DNA of 62,974 nucleotides, filler included, from Choristocarpus tenellus KU-1152 (GCA_964200185.2; 10 parts of 10 records of this genome joined end to end with filler, not necessarily neighbours in it); one strand, 5' to 3'; positions 25,702-38,665 are shown, counted from the first letter of the whole stretch. Notes: a model not told the origin generated them from the sequence alone. Numbers and translations are program-made.

Positions 25702-27085
25702 CATGCAATCCACCCTGACGAAGTGCATGCTGTTGAATGTGGCTGGGGTGTAGGCATGAACACTGCCTTCCCCCGTAAGGTCCACGATGAAACGCTGTCG
25801 TGAGACCTCCTCCAATTCCAACACCTGCTTACCATCTTGCCCTTCCTCCTGCCCTATGCCCTTCTTCCCTCCACCCCGCCCCCCAGCCTTGACTTTATGT
25901 GTACTTCCACCGCTCTCTAGGATCGAAAGTTTTGAGAAAAACAGCTCCAGTTGGAGCACCTGCACAGCTCGAAGTAAGACACACCAATCAGGAACATTCA
26001 ACAATTGTTTATGGTTGTGTGGTACGGCTGCAGATGGGTGGGTCGTAGATAAGGGGTGCAGGAGCGGGTCAGGCAATGTTCAAGAAGAAGATTTATTCCA
26101 TGTTGCACATCAGAGTGTATTGCAACAGAGATACATGGTGGATCTAGACTACACGTGATGAGGTCAAGTGTCACATTATTTGAAACATCACGAAATAAAG
26201 CACCACTCTGCCACCCCTCCTTGCTTTTGACTTCTGGCACGTAAAGGTTCAAAACTTCTGCTCGTGCTGACTTGCAGTGTACCCATCGGCCTGTAGAAAG
26301 TAACTAACCAGCTTTTGACTGGCTTGAAGTCGCCGTGGTCCCGCCTCGACTTCTGTCGTGAACTGGAAATGTACAACCTCACCGAGGTCAACCACCTCAT
26401 CCTTGTACCGGATCACAAAGGTACGGCTATGGTAGTGTTGTCCTTGCACGAATGGTCCGTCTAACTCCAGTCCCTGAAGAAGGAAAGAAGCAGAGATGAG
26501 AAGGGACTACAGTTGTAACCGATAAATGCTCTAGAAGTGATTGCATTGGACTTCGCACAGTCCGAGGTGGCGATATTTTAGAACTTAGCGGTATCCTCCT
26601 CCACACATCATAAACGCACTATAATCCACTATGACAAAAAGCATGGGTCTATGCGAAGAGAACGCAGGGATCGCGAAATGGAATCAATGCCATCTGCGTC
26701 ACACCTGTAGAGGAGGGACCTTGCGCCCAGCTACCATAGTTCTTGCATCCAAGAGGTGAGAAAGGCACATGTAGGGTATGGCAGCGATGCCACTCTCGTC
26801 TCCATCGTTTCCTGCTGCCAACACACTCTCGTCAACTTCTTGTACTGATCGTGGAGCAGAAATGGAGGCCCGCACGAAATATACCCCCCGTGAAAAGAGG
26901 TCTATATTGTGAAACTGGTGTAAATGTAGTGCCTGCGTCATTGACGTTTCGAAGTGTGACAGTTAACCTCAGTGACAAAAGGGGAGAAGGAAACATCCAC
27001 TTTTGAAGAGGTCGATTCATGATGCAGGGAGTCACATTAAAAGATCGAAAAGGCTTACCACATCGAGGGTACCGAGAACGGGCAT
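25702..27085 (-). CDS. FAM135-like protein (putative DUF676 lipase family), N-terminal exons
   Basis: Exons 27085-27059, 26932-26705, 26473-26309 and 25959-25702 give MPVLGTLDV/ALHLHQFHNIDLFSRGVYFVRASI.../...HYHSRTFVIRYKDEVVDLGEVVHF.../VLQLELFFS...SVHAYTPATFNSMHFVRVDCM. These resemble the FAM135 N-terminal motifs (L..F.N.DLF.RG; S..F.I.Y..E.V; H...P..F...H). The lipase domain is not in view. Confidence 0.8.
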
Positions 27086-28357
27086 GGCACCCTCTTCCTT
27101 CAGTCAGGATAGTTGCACTTATGGGACTTGGGCACCTGGCAGACTTCTCTCTGTCTTTTATTCCACCCTGTCTTTCTCACTTTTGTTTCGATATTGCAAC
27201 CTACATATTTGTAGGTGTGGGGTTGCACCAATTACCTTTCACCTGTACACATGAATGATATAATAGTCAATAAAACAGACCAAGATTACTTGGTATCGTA
27301 TCGATATCGCCCGTCTCTTTGATCGTTTTGGTTTCAATAATAGATGTGAGTGATTGTATTTGTATCATGTAGCTGTTTTACTATCAAAAGTTATTTCTTG
27401 TTTTAGTCACAAAATTCTGTGTAACTCAATTTCCTACTTCTCTTTTCTTACACTCTTACCATCATTCCACAAATCGCTCAACCACCTTAAAACTCTCCTT
27501 CCACCCCTAAACCTTGTGTTGTCCACCACACCACCAATCCATCATGTCATCATCATATATGCGGTCTCCAAAACCATGCGACCATCTCTATATACGGTCC
27601 ACATTCCACTCCACGTTCGTCCACTCCACATTTACAAAGGTTGGAGTTGTTCCCGCAAATATAGAGTGAAAAATCTTAAGCTCAAGTGAGACACACCTGT
27701 AAGGTCCTGTTATAGAGCACAAGATTCAAATACTCCAACCTGTGAAGTACTTGAAGTTCTGCCATATGGTTGTATGACGTAGACACTCCTCCAGGTTTAT
27801 TATCTGAAGCGCCACTCCCGTCATCAGAAGTTCCTCCTCTGCTACATAGGTCTCCACTAATAGGAACACACCGATAGTGTCCTATCCTATAAAGATCCCC
27901 TTATGAAGACTGGACGTGAGAGTATCGAGATAACAGTGGCAAAGCGGGGGCTCCTATTTGCTGGGTCGGCTAGTTGCTCGTATGGGGGATGGGCGATTTC
28001 CTAGGATATATTGGTGTCTAGGGAGCTTGCTGGCGGAAACGGAACCAGGTAGGCAGGAAAACAACTGATGGAGAGACAAAGTATCTTAGAGGGTAGCACC
28101 GNNNNNNNNNNNNNNNNNNNNNNNNNNNNNNNNNNNNNNNNNNNNTTAATTAATTAANNNNNNNNNNNNNNNNNNNNNNNNNNNNNNNNNNNNNNNNNNN
28201 NATCAACAGATCAAGACGATGCTGTAATTCTTCCGCCCTTGCTCCTTTTTTTAAACACCAAGAAGCCCCCCACTACCCCCCCCCCCAAATCATGAGAGAC
28301 ACAGGCACACACACCATATCACTAACCCTACTCATGACTGGAGAAACGCCTTCCTAC

Positions 28358-30361
28358 CTCCCAGTCCTCCCAGTGTCTGGCTGGTTCGTACTTCACCAGC
28401 AAGGACACCGCCACAGAGAGGCTTGGGAGTTCAGACTTCTCTATGGGTGAGAAACGGCGATCATGGAGTGCGCTGGGTTCACTCACACACACACACACAC
28501 ACATAAAATTCCAGTATGTGCCGTAAGTACAGGAGGTGGGGCACATGTGAGGGCAATGTTTCACTTGCGATCAAACATCTGACTGCGTTCTTCTCAACAA
28601 ATCTAATGCAACACAGCAATAGATGGAACGCAAGAGGGGGATCGATTGATGCGATGTGCCAGGGCCGTGGCAAGGTATTAGGACAAACATTTACACCAAT
28701 GCAGTAGCTTGGATGTTTCACACTCAGCCAATAGGGCGTCTTTACTTTCTTGGCAACATCCTCGTAAACCATCAACGCTGCATGGGAGCTCGCCGAGAAG
28801 GAACTGCTGCAGCACGCACTTCCTAGCACTCTGTGAGCATCCCATAGATTGTACAAGAAATGCAATCCCATTTGATGCAACATGAGGATCAAAGCTACCA
28901 GATTGTGGAACTCCTGCAGCATACCTACCTGCCCACAACCACTGAGTGTACCCTGCTTGCAGTCTGCCACTGGTGGATATAATGGCTGGTCTTACGGCTG
29001 TTAGCCAATCACACGACTTTTATATAGGGGATCTCATGCATGTTAAAAGTCAACCTGCCCTCAGATGGCGGAATAAAACGCATGCACAGAGATCCCAGAG
29101 GAAAACAGGACAGGACTTATTTACGCCTCCTTTGTCTGGGTGAAAACACACCTGCTGTATGTGTAATCTTTGATACAAGAAATGGGCATTGGGGTGAGTG
29201 TGCCAATGCAGCCACGTAGTGCTTCTCCACCTCTGTCAGTCTTGTTCCATGTCACAAACAGGCCACTGTTTTTTTTTGGAAGGGGAGAGGCACATTGCAT
29301 TTGCAAGTCAAATTGCTGCTGGGGGTGAGTATTGATGCATTAGATAGCAGTGAAAATGTACTGCTGGATTTTTTTTTCAAAGGTACCTGTACCATTGGTC
29401 ACTGCAAAACCTCATGCTCTTCAAGGGAATGGCTGTATTGTATCTGTGTCTGATGTTCAACTTAAGGTGGATCGGTGACAATTTGCACCACCAATGACAC
29501 TGCTGTGTCCAGAATTAAATGAGACACGTGTAATCCACTAAATACCTGTAAGACTAAACCTAGTTGGACAACTGAGTAAAATAATAATCCGCTACCCCTA
29601 TCTATTGATGTACTTGGATAGCCACCTCTGTAAGATGAAGCCTTGGGTGGATTGATATCAAAAGCACCAGAAGGTGATACATAAGGCGCCACTGCTTGTA
29701 TCTATGCTTGTATCTACCATTGATGCATCACTGGGCCATACTGAAGTACAACTAGCATCTCTTCCTACCCAACTCGAGTGATCCTTTGCGACGCTGGAAT
29801 CTTGTCTCACCATGTGTGGTCCGTGACGAACTCAATCGGAGGTGGATCTTCGTCGTTAAAATGGGCAATAAGAACATCTGACATGTGCCAAGTTGGCGAA
29901 ATTTGAGTTTTTTGGGGTGGGACAGGTAGGGGGAAAATGGGTGGTGCAGGTCAAGCGATCCTAAAGTGCAAAATAGACTGTTTTCTGCCCACGCACTCCA
30001 TGCCTTGAAGTTGGATCCGATTAGGACGTCAGCACGTTGAAGTTCGACCCTTATCGTGACCCCGTTCTATTGTGTCACCCAATAATCGAATTTACCCTCT
30101 GTCCATAGAATACACTACCAGATCTGATCTCTCGTGTGAACCCTCCCAACTCGCCCCCCCCTTCCAACTCGGAAAAAGTAGAGAGCAAGCCAAAGGTACT
30201 TCCGCACCAAAGCAGTAGGCACACATATCCTCGGTGGCATGGATATCATCGGCTAGCACTGCATCTCTCTGAGACCTATCCTCATGATGGGAATATTGTC
30301 GTTCCTGACTCGCACGTGTCTCGTCCCGTGGGCTCAGAGCTTCCACTAGAGTTGACGTCAT
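28358..30361 (-). CDS. AMMECR1: AMMECR1-domain protein, 5' part, 4 exons; 3' end lost at contig linker
   Basis: Minus-strand exons 30361-30208, 29877-29811, 29265-29152 and 28472-28358 join in frame: ...ATEDMCAYCFDVLIAHF...HTCGLFVTWNK...LRGCIGTLTPMP...DYTYSSALHDRRFSPIEKSELPSLSVAVSLLVKYEPARHWEDWE. Contains the hallmark LRGCIG plus FVTW and D.RF.PI motifs. Confidence 0.92.
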
Positions 30362-31029
30362 CTCTACCTGTATGGAGAAGTTGGGCGTGGGAGGTGGTAT
30401 TTAGGACCTAACGGCAATGCACTCGGGTACAAGATGACCCTTCACCACACACGGATAATTATTCATCGGGGGGGTTGAGTTTAAGGTCAACCAGGGTAGT
30501 GAACGCAGACATAATCAACTCCAAAATCCAGAGGGCAGGTAGTGAATAGACTGATGGATCGGTAAAACGACTGCGAGTGGGAAGGACTATGAAGGACAAG
30601 CCCATTTCTTTGTCAATTATATAAACCCTCTATCTCCTGCCTCTTGAAAATGAGATGCGCACCTTCGAAAGGGAACGGGCGAAGTTGAGACGTGGCAAAA
30701 AGTAGATGAGTTCGGAGGATTTCGAAGCACTTCTTGCCACCAACGCGTTCTGCAACAGCGTCAAAATCGTCGAACGAATCTCTCTTTTGATCGAACGACA
30801 CGAGAAGTATACTTCGCTAGAACCCTGGAAGCGAGGTCGACGCTGTAGGACAAGGGTTAAGGGATGGCTTGGTTGAAGTGGGTACAGGCAGCTTTGTAGC
30901 AGTAACACATATGCGAGATGTCCATTGGGGGTTAGAATTGGATTCTGTCGCGCATAATCGCGCCAATCGCGCGATATTGACCCTTCCCTAGTTTTAACCT
31001 TGTTTGTCTTTGGGACCAGATACAAGGTC

Positions 31030-34000
31030 ATGTCGTCGTCGTTGCTTGAGCGGGCCCGGGGGTTCCATGAGGACCTCGAGATCTACGAGAGGGAAATCAT
31101 TGAGCAGCTTGAAAAGAAACCACGCACGCAGAAGGTCTGTTGTCATTCCTCTCGTTGGGGACCAACGTGACCATTCGTGGTGCCTGCGGATGGGAGTGAG
31201 GGTAGGGTGGGGAACTGACTGTATCGTTGTGCCCGAAATTTCTTGGATTTTGTTGGTATAATCGGTGTTATAGCTATTCGGTGGGAATCCTTTGGCAATC
31301 CGTTGATAGTATGACGAGGATTGCAACCAAGTCGCTCATCACAGATCCACAATTGTCAGGCTTCTTCCTACTGTAAGAGAGGTTGCACAACTTTTTTGTT
31401 AACCCACTCGTGCTGAAAGTTCTTTTTTTTATAGGCAGTAGTCCATTTCCTCTCTGTTGGGGACATTACGTCAATCGACGTCTGTGTGTCGCCACGCTTT
31501 AACTTCCTATCCCTTCACCTTTTCAAATCCCTTACCCTCAATCTAACCTTTTACGCAATTGGCGCCTCCTACAGGAGCGTGTTGTGCAACAGCATCGGGT
31601 GAACAACCTGCTGGAAGGCGCAACAGAGCGATGCACTGGGCTGCATAGCATGTACGAGGACAAAGATGGCGCTGTGACCGAGGAGGTAAATGCCAGCGTT
31701 CGGTGGATATGCCAAAATTTCTTTATCAAAGATGGCACCATTCAAAGTGCTGTTTTTATCCAATCATCCGTGTCGCATTCCTTTGGTCGCATCAAGCTTA
31801 GATCCGATTTGAGTTGGTAGTGTTGATGAAGACTAACTAATTAATACCAATGAGATCGAGGCCGTGATCGTACTTCCAGATCCAGAGACCCGTCCCTTCT
31901 TACTAATGTACTTCACTCACCAGCGAAATCAAGACTACAGCGATTTGGATCCTGTGTCAAGTACCCTTGGTAACCTCTCTCGCCGACCGGTTCTGCGACT
32001 GACTCCCTCTCATAATTTGCGCGAACAGGACTTACAACCTCAATCCTTTTCAATATACTTTAGGTTGGTCAGAGCCCAAACTGACATTTGCGCAGCTTTG
32101 ATCGGGAACTGGAGTTTTCTTTTGTACGAACTCTTGCAGCTAGTTGATCCCTTTGCTCCTACCTTTTCTACGAATTACTTATTTCCTCATCCCCTACCCT
32201 TCCCTACACATGTTTATCAGGTGGGATCAATGCGAGGACAAAGAGTGATGGATAACTTCTACAGTAGGCTCAAGGAGACCTGGACGTACCACACAGTGCA
32301 CCCAGACTTACCGGTGCGTTGTGCAGGAAATACCCTTTCCCTCCAACCAGCATCTGATCCCCTATGAAAAGACCGACTCTAAAGTTCAAAGGTTGGTGTA
32401 TAGAACGCAAATTGATAAGGAAAGAGTTGATTTTGAGAGTAAGTTGCTAGTAAATGTTTTTAAACATCTGTCGTTAAATTTGCTGTGGTAGATACAATTC
32501 CAATTAGTTACACCACTGGTGAACAAACACGTATATATCATGGTGTTACATACACAATGCATACATACATAATACATACATACATACATACAACCAAACA
32601 TACATACATACACAATAATTTATTTGATGTAGGTCAAGTTTGGTGGTGGTGATGGCGGTGTGAGTTGCATGTGTCAAGTGATTGGCGAACACGCAGGAAT
32701 TTTATTTTGGAGCTGTGTTCCCTTACCGATACTTCATCTAGTTTGGAGGGAGGATGGGGGGGGGGGAGTATTCGACTATTTTTCACAACTGAGTCCAGTC
32801 AGCAATGGCTACAGAATCACCTGTGTGCTCTCTAGCATGTCAGGGCGCCTATGCATTGCATTGTTTGGTCTCGAATCAGTTGAAGTGAGAGGATGTTAGA
32901 GCTCATGCACTGGAGTATAGTTGTTGTGCTTGAGGTCACTCTATATCAACCCTTCCTTCTGTTTCGTGTCTCTTGTGGGAGTGCTCTAAAGAACAATGAC
33001 ATTTTGTTTTACAGAGAGATCAGTGGGGGGGAGGGGGGCATATCTTCCAATAGGGTGCAAGATGACGTCATCTTATGAAAGGTATCTGTAACCTATTTTA
33101 TCTTTTGGTTGGTTGTGCCACCTTATCTGGGAGTATATTAATACTACATCAGCTTACTGAGGTGTTTTGAGTGCCTGTGCTTTTCAGTCCCTTTGGGACA
33201 CAATTGTCGTTCTTGCCAACAAACGTGTACATTTGTAAAACCTCGAGTCCCCACGCTCTCGACATGGACATACAGGTCACGCATGGGCCAAATGTGGAGG
33301 CGGAAATGGAGCCAAAAGTTCAGTTCTCAGGGGAAGAGATGTATGGAAAGGTAGGAGCAAGTTTCCCCTGCACACCACTGCCCCCTTCTTTTTGTTGGTG
33401 AAAAATGCTTCCATTATTTTGTTCCACATTTTTTACGTGCCACATGAGGTTTCAGGTCCCCTGTCGTTAGGTGTTGTGAATTGGTTGGTGAATTTGCTGT
33501 GAACCCCGCTTGCAATGATAGGTTTATTTATATCAGTCTCGACATGAGGCTATATTTGCAAGGCGTTGGCTTTGAGGACCTCTGCCTGGATTCCCCTTTG
33601 CTCTGATAGTATGTCATCAGGTCTACGTGTCTGTTCATTCTGAATATTCCTCCCGCCCCCCTGCTATGGCATGTCTAGCCGATGCAGATATCATGGTCCG
33701 TGAAAATATCCCCGAAATCAGGGACGCCCTCCTGCAATATCCCTGGAAGAGTAGATCATCTGCTTCTCAATCATTACAAGGCCAAGCACACCACTAAAGT
33801 AGTACCCACCCCTGAACCTACCACCCTAACTCCATTCTCTCCCTCCCCCCTGTCTCAAAACTCGACTTCAATTTCAACATCTATTTTTTTTTTCTTAATC
33901 TGCTCCCCCTTTTCTTTTTTAATTTTTTTCTGTGTGTGGGAGCAGTACTTTGATCTCCACGATATGTATGTGCGATGGGTGAACTTGCCACAGTGCAAGG

Positions 34001-34422
34001 ATAAGCGACTGGATTACGTGCAATTTCTGGAGGCATTGGGGAAGTTCGAGGACATTCCAGAGCAGGAGAAGGTCAGGTGGCGCTCTGGGGCTGCAGCGAT
34101 TAGTGGAAGGCTCGAGTGCACTCTGTTTGACACGTTTTTTTTCTTGTGTAGAGGATTTTTTTGTTTTTCAGTAGTGGTGTGGGTCAAGGGCAGTAGTTGT
34201 CAAGGGCATCTGCTGCAGAAGAAGTTTGTTGATGGTGGGATTTAATTCAGTGTCACGAAGGTAGGTTGGGGCACTTTCAACCGATGGCGTTATTGCCTCG
34301 TGTCTGTTGATGTAGCTGCAGTATTGTTAAAAAAAAAATTGAGGTCACAAATCAGCAGCCGAGACTAGTCCCCTCTAATTGTACTCCCTTTCAGTTTGTG
34401 TTCCTATGTATGCTTTTTGTTG

Positions 34423-34453
<31 letters not shown>

Positions 34454-34750
34454 GGTTTCAGGATCAAACTGCTTGTAAGCCTGCCCGGAGACTAGCATTC
34501 CCTCTTACTCCATTACAGTTAAACCCCACATGTGTTGCAAACGGTAGAGTTCTGCTTTTAAGTGCTATCCTTGCAGTGGTGATCGGCAACTGCCCCTCCT
34601 CCCATTGACTCACTCGGAAATGGCAATGTGCTGTTGGCTGTCGTTGCCTCTTAGCTGCGGGGCAAGGGGTACCCCCAGTTTCTTCAAGACCTGCGGGACT
34701 ACCTCGCCAGCTTCCTTGTGCGCACTCAGCCTCTTGTCAACTTGGACGAG
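31030..34750 (+). CDS. SF3A3: Splicing factor 3A subunit 3 (SF3a60/PRP9), 5' part, 6 exons; 3' end lost at contig linker
   Basis: GT-AG exons 31030-31134, 31575-31685, 32221-32313, 33276-33350, 33946-34071 and 34655-34750 join in frame. They give MSSSLLERARGFHEDLEIYEREIIEQLEKKPRTQK/ERVVQQHRVNNLLEGATERCTGLHSMYEDKDG.../...DNFYSRLKETWTYH.../...VQFSGEEMYGK/YFDLHDMYVRWVNL...DYVQFLEAL.../...YPQFLQDLRDYLASFLVRTQPLVNLDE. The FY.RLK, FSGEE.YG.Y.DLH and R..PL motifs are typical of SF3A3. Confidence 0.93.
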
Positions 34751-34897
34751 GTGAGGATATTTGCAGTTGGTGGGGGCTGGGGGCGCCCCAGGGGAAGGGG
34801 AAGGGGTGGGGTTGATCTGTGGATTGTGATGGGAAAAGTGTGTGTGTGTTTTGTGACCACAATTACGGTTGTGTTGTGGAAATTGTGTCAAGGCTCA

Positions 34898-34994
34898 GAC
34901 CCAAAGTATCTGGGGGAGGGGGGAGGGGGGAGGGGTCTACACCAGAGTGTCCATTTGTACCAAAACCAGGAAAGGTGCACTTTCAGTATCCATC
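34898..34994. mobile_element. Partial MITE copy in SF3A3 intron 6, cut by the contig end
   Basis: GACCCAAAGTATCTGGGGGAGG...GGTCTAC...GTGTCCATTTG...AAAGGTGCACTT matches the left half of the 43735 copy. Other partial copies lie at 1-23, 2894-2958, 39583-39721 and 53286-53349. Confidence 0.8.
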
Positions 34995-35899
34995 NNNNNN
35001 NNNNNNNNNNNNNNNNNNNNNNNNNNNNNNNNNNNNNNTTAATTAATTAANNNNNNNNNNNNNNNNNNNNNNNNNNNNNNNNNNNNNNNNNNNNGGCTCC
35101 ATTTTGGTCCTCCTGAGTGCTCCAGAGTACTTCATTTTTCTCAAACCTTCTGCCTCGTAACACCTCCATTCATGTGCCTAGAGTGGAGCAACCCCCACTC
35201 GAAAAGGCTGTGGCTGCAGGAGAGGAGACGAACGTTTGGCCACATCAGCACGAAAATGCCCTCCACAGTGTCATAGGAGCACACGTAGTTCAAGGCAAAC
35301 ACAAGGATCCCGAACGCTCAACGATAATTTCTGTAAGATAGGTAGCTCATTCTAATAGGAAGGGAGTCAGACCACTACTTGATGGGTATGTCGGATGTAT
35401 GTATTGAACGGAGTAGATCTACTTGTATTGTGTACCTTCAATCCTCCTGCACTTGTAACCGGGAAAGAGATAACAATATACATGTTTGTGTGTGTGTGTG
35501 TGCGTGCGTAGTTGAACAACGACTGGCTACACACAGTGGTCGTAGCCCATCCTAATTCCTCGTCACCACAACAACTGCATGTAGTATGTGCATCACAAAA
35601 CGTTTCAAGAGGTACGGCATATATAGCAGACGTGAGAGATTGATTCTATCACGGCAGTAGTCGCAAGTAATTGGCTGGCGAACACAGAAGTAGTTGTAGG
35701 AGTAGTCATCGTATTGAGGTTTTCAAGCAGAGGGATTTTCCTTGCAGACAGGTCGGCGACTAGCATATAATAAAATTTTTGGTGCTTTCTGCGGACTTGA
35801 AAATCGGCAGTCGGTGGGGCGGTATGATGTTGTACATTGACCCCTGAACAGTACAACCAATTTCACACATGCCCTCAGCAGGTATTTTCTTAGTCGTAC

Positions 35900-36970
35900 C
35901 GTACCTCCTACTATTGATATACCGTAACCCTATTTTATGCACTGGCTCGTATAGTACCGAGGAGAATGAAAGGGATCAATCTGCAAAGATTATCCCGGCA
36001 TTAAAATATTTGGTTGGGGGGGGAAATGCCACCTACTTATTTTACTTTTTCAGGGTAGTTCCTAACCTACACTGCCACTAAACTTCAAGACCTCTGCATC
36101 TATTTGTACGACCAATGGTAGTAACACTACTGTAACCGTGTGACACATGCTCTTAGCAGCATTTGTTGGAATGAAGCAGGGTAGTAGTACGGGAATATAA
36201 ATAACAAACAAGAAATGTTTATGTACGTAACTTTTAAAGACTGGGCCCAGAGTGTAGGATGCACGACTTTCAAGAGCATGTATATATACTGCTCATAAGA
36301 AAGCAATAGATCTCTTCCTTGCTTAAAAGGTTTATCCTCTCTCGAGGTGGACTTCTTGACAGATCCACCTCTGAGTACACAAAGCGGTTGAAAGGCTGAT
36401 AGAATGATAGCAAATGCGCCAAACTTCATTTCTCGGCCCAGTAGTAGTGGCAGATGGTGGGAGACTACTTGCACACTTCGCACATCACAAACAACACACG
36501 AGGCCGGCTGCCTGTGACTCGGGTTGACATATTTGATCAGATTCTTGGTACAAACACTGGAAAAATAAAGCAGAAGGAGCCATCCCAATAAAATGCTATA
36601 TTCCGGAGTATAATACATGGAGGGGCTAGGGGATAATTTACGAACAGCAACATTTCCACAAACAAGTTGGTTGTATACATCACCTCGAATCAATAGAATG
36701 CCTTGCAATATCCCCCATCCATTCAACCTTGACACGACTAGCAGAGTGTGCACACGTACAGGGAGGACTCGGTCTGTTGTAGGGGTTCTGCAGCACGAGA
36801 GAAGGGTTGGTTTAGGAAGAAGTCAAGGAATATTTGCAGCAAGCAGAATCAGGCGTGCAGAATAGGTGGGCTCCGTGTTGTATGACGAATATGGAAAGTG
36901 CACAGGATCGCTTCGCTTGCCTGAAATGTATGACACAACTGTGTTTCAATCAATGCGTGACTGGGGTGGT
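35900..36970 (+). mobile_element. Degenerate piggyBac-like transposase fragment
   Basis: RVDIFDQILG at ~36520-36550 (like GVD..DQ), and a downstream Cys-rich CCMTNMESAQDRFACLKCMTQLCFNQC at ~36875-36955 resembling the piggyBac C-terminal Cys-rich domain. Stops and frameshifts lie between them. Confidence 0.5.
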
Positions 36971-37021
36971 CTTGGCATCGGGTTGTGGAAAGACAGGTCC
37001 TACCTCAGTCTATTGTATGTA

Positions 37022-37295
37022 CGCGGTAAAATGCTTGGGGTCATTTCCCGTGAAATGTGTTGCATTGCTCAGCAAGTACTTGAGCCCATTTTATGTGTAG
37101 CACTTCAGTAGCAGTGGTCGTTGTCGGGACAACAACTAACTGCGACAGTCGTCGGGGCCGCGGTAAAATGCTTGGGGTCGTTTCCCGTGAAATGTGTTGC
37201 ATTGCTCAGCAAGTACTTGAGCCCATTTTATGTGTAGCACTTCAGTAGCAGTGGTCGTTGTCGGGACAACAACTAACTGCGACAGTCGTCGGGGC
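37022..37295. repeat. Near-perfect 137-bp tandem duplication
   Basis: 37022-37158 is repeated at 37159-37295 with one visible mismatch. Confidence 0.95.
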
Positions 37296-37774
37296 CAGCG
37301 ATCTCCTTTGAATAGAACGCCTGTTCATTGTCTGGATACACTGTTACTCTGATATAACGTATGATGCTAAAACGATTCAGGTTTTGTCGAAACCTTTGTC
37401 GCAAAAAGCTGTGTTACGCTAGCGAGCCATGTACTACAAGCCCAGGTGTCCACTCTTTCTATAGATCTGAGTTGAAATATATTAAAGGGTACAAGTTTTT
37501 CCCTGTTTGTCCATTTGGGGTTTGACTGTTACAGGCGCCCCCGAAAGCTTACCTCCACAGGATATATAGCTCCAATCTACGGGCTTATAGATGATACTGA
37601 TGTACGTCTAGGACTCCTGATGCACAAGTCGTCAGGTATGCTGGATCTCTCACTTGAATTATCATCAATATCATCGTATGTATAAGAAAGGAACTGATCA
37701 ACGATGTCTTATCACAATCGGAGACCATAATGACCAAATAATAAATAAATAAAGAAGTACAAATATATCAAATC

Positions 37775-38048
37775 TAGAACTTCAATGTCATAATGGTGTT
37801 TATGAAATCGCCATCAAGACATATCACCTGTAACATGACTGCCCACATGTCTTTAATGACATTTAACCTACTCCAAAATATTTCGGAGTAGGTAAAATGT
37901 ATATGTTGTGAAAAGCAGTCTCCGGAACAAGGATATTGACATCTCCTAACAAACTCGATAGCCAACATTACATCGGAAACCGCAATATTGGATTTTGGGG
38001 CCGCCAAATGGACGCGACGCGGCTCTAACCTCTAAGATACTTTGACTC
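37775..38048. mobile_element. End of a longer member of the same TIR family (homologous to 1441-1619; internal part also inverted at ~46455-46515)
   Basis: CCAAAAT.TTTCGGAGTAGGTAAAATGTATA...TCCGGAACAAGGATA...CCAAATGGAC...AGA(T/C)ACTTTG(A/G)CTC is shared with 1441-1619 and ends in the family TIR. Confidence 0.65.
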
Positions 38049-38049
38049 A

Positions 38050-38665
38050 TCTCTTGAATATATCACTACTCCAACTACTGTCATATGTTACTACTAGTGA
38101 CCGTGTTCTCATCGCTACTCTCTGTGTGCGGCTGTGGACTGATCACACTGTTATTAATAAATACACCAAGTGCGTACACTCCAACCATGTCATGCAAAAG
38201 TACATACACAATACTAGTTCTTTTCGTAATGATATTTGCGCCACATCAGCCTGGGATTATCCCAACCCGTGGTGAGAGAGGCAGGAAACACCACGCTGCT
38301 TCTCGTAGTGCCTACCGCTGTACCGACTAAATGTTGCACTACGACAACTGTACTGACTCTGTTCCTGCCTGCCGTGGTTGTTGCACATTTGGTTCAGCAC
38401 TCCCACCGCACGTCGCTCCGTCTCATCAGTCTCGTCACTCAAATCTTCTGCTGGACTCCCCCCAAAGTGTTTCCACGTTTATCTTGGTCCATCGTTTTCG
38501 TGGTATAGTCGCAGGCAGGGTGGTACAGGTGTACAAACCCGTTGAGCTTGCCACGCGGAATGGCATGGTGGAGACCAGACTTGCATGAAAATTCGTGTGG
38601 AGTCGAAGGGGTTCGAACCCTATAAATGAACGAGAGTGGGCGGCGCTTAAAACACTGAGGCACGT
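38050..38665 (-). mobile_element. Probable tRNA-derived SINE (related copies at ~40060-40520 minus and ~45500-45830 plus)
   Basis: Minus-strand head GTGCCTCAGTG...GGGTTCGAACCCC has A-box-like and B-box motifs at tRNA-like spacing. Body segments (TGGTCCATCG...GTGGTA, GAGACCAGA.TT, CAAATCTT.TGCTGGAC) recur at the other copies. Confidence 0.5.

Noticed and set aside
25702-30361. FAM135-like and AMMECR1 exons as one gene or a gene cluster
   Set aside because: They are separated by the linker at 28102-28201 and each has its own ATG. Order across linkers is unsupported.
36127-36753. 208-aa minus-strand ORF
   Set aside because: It has no recognisable motifs and lies antisense to the piggyBac-like remnant.
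38595-38665. Intact tRNA gene
   Set aside because: A B-box is present but I cannot build a cloverleaf, and it is attached to a dispersed repeat, so it is better explained as a SINE head.
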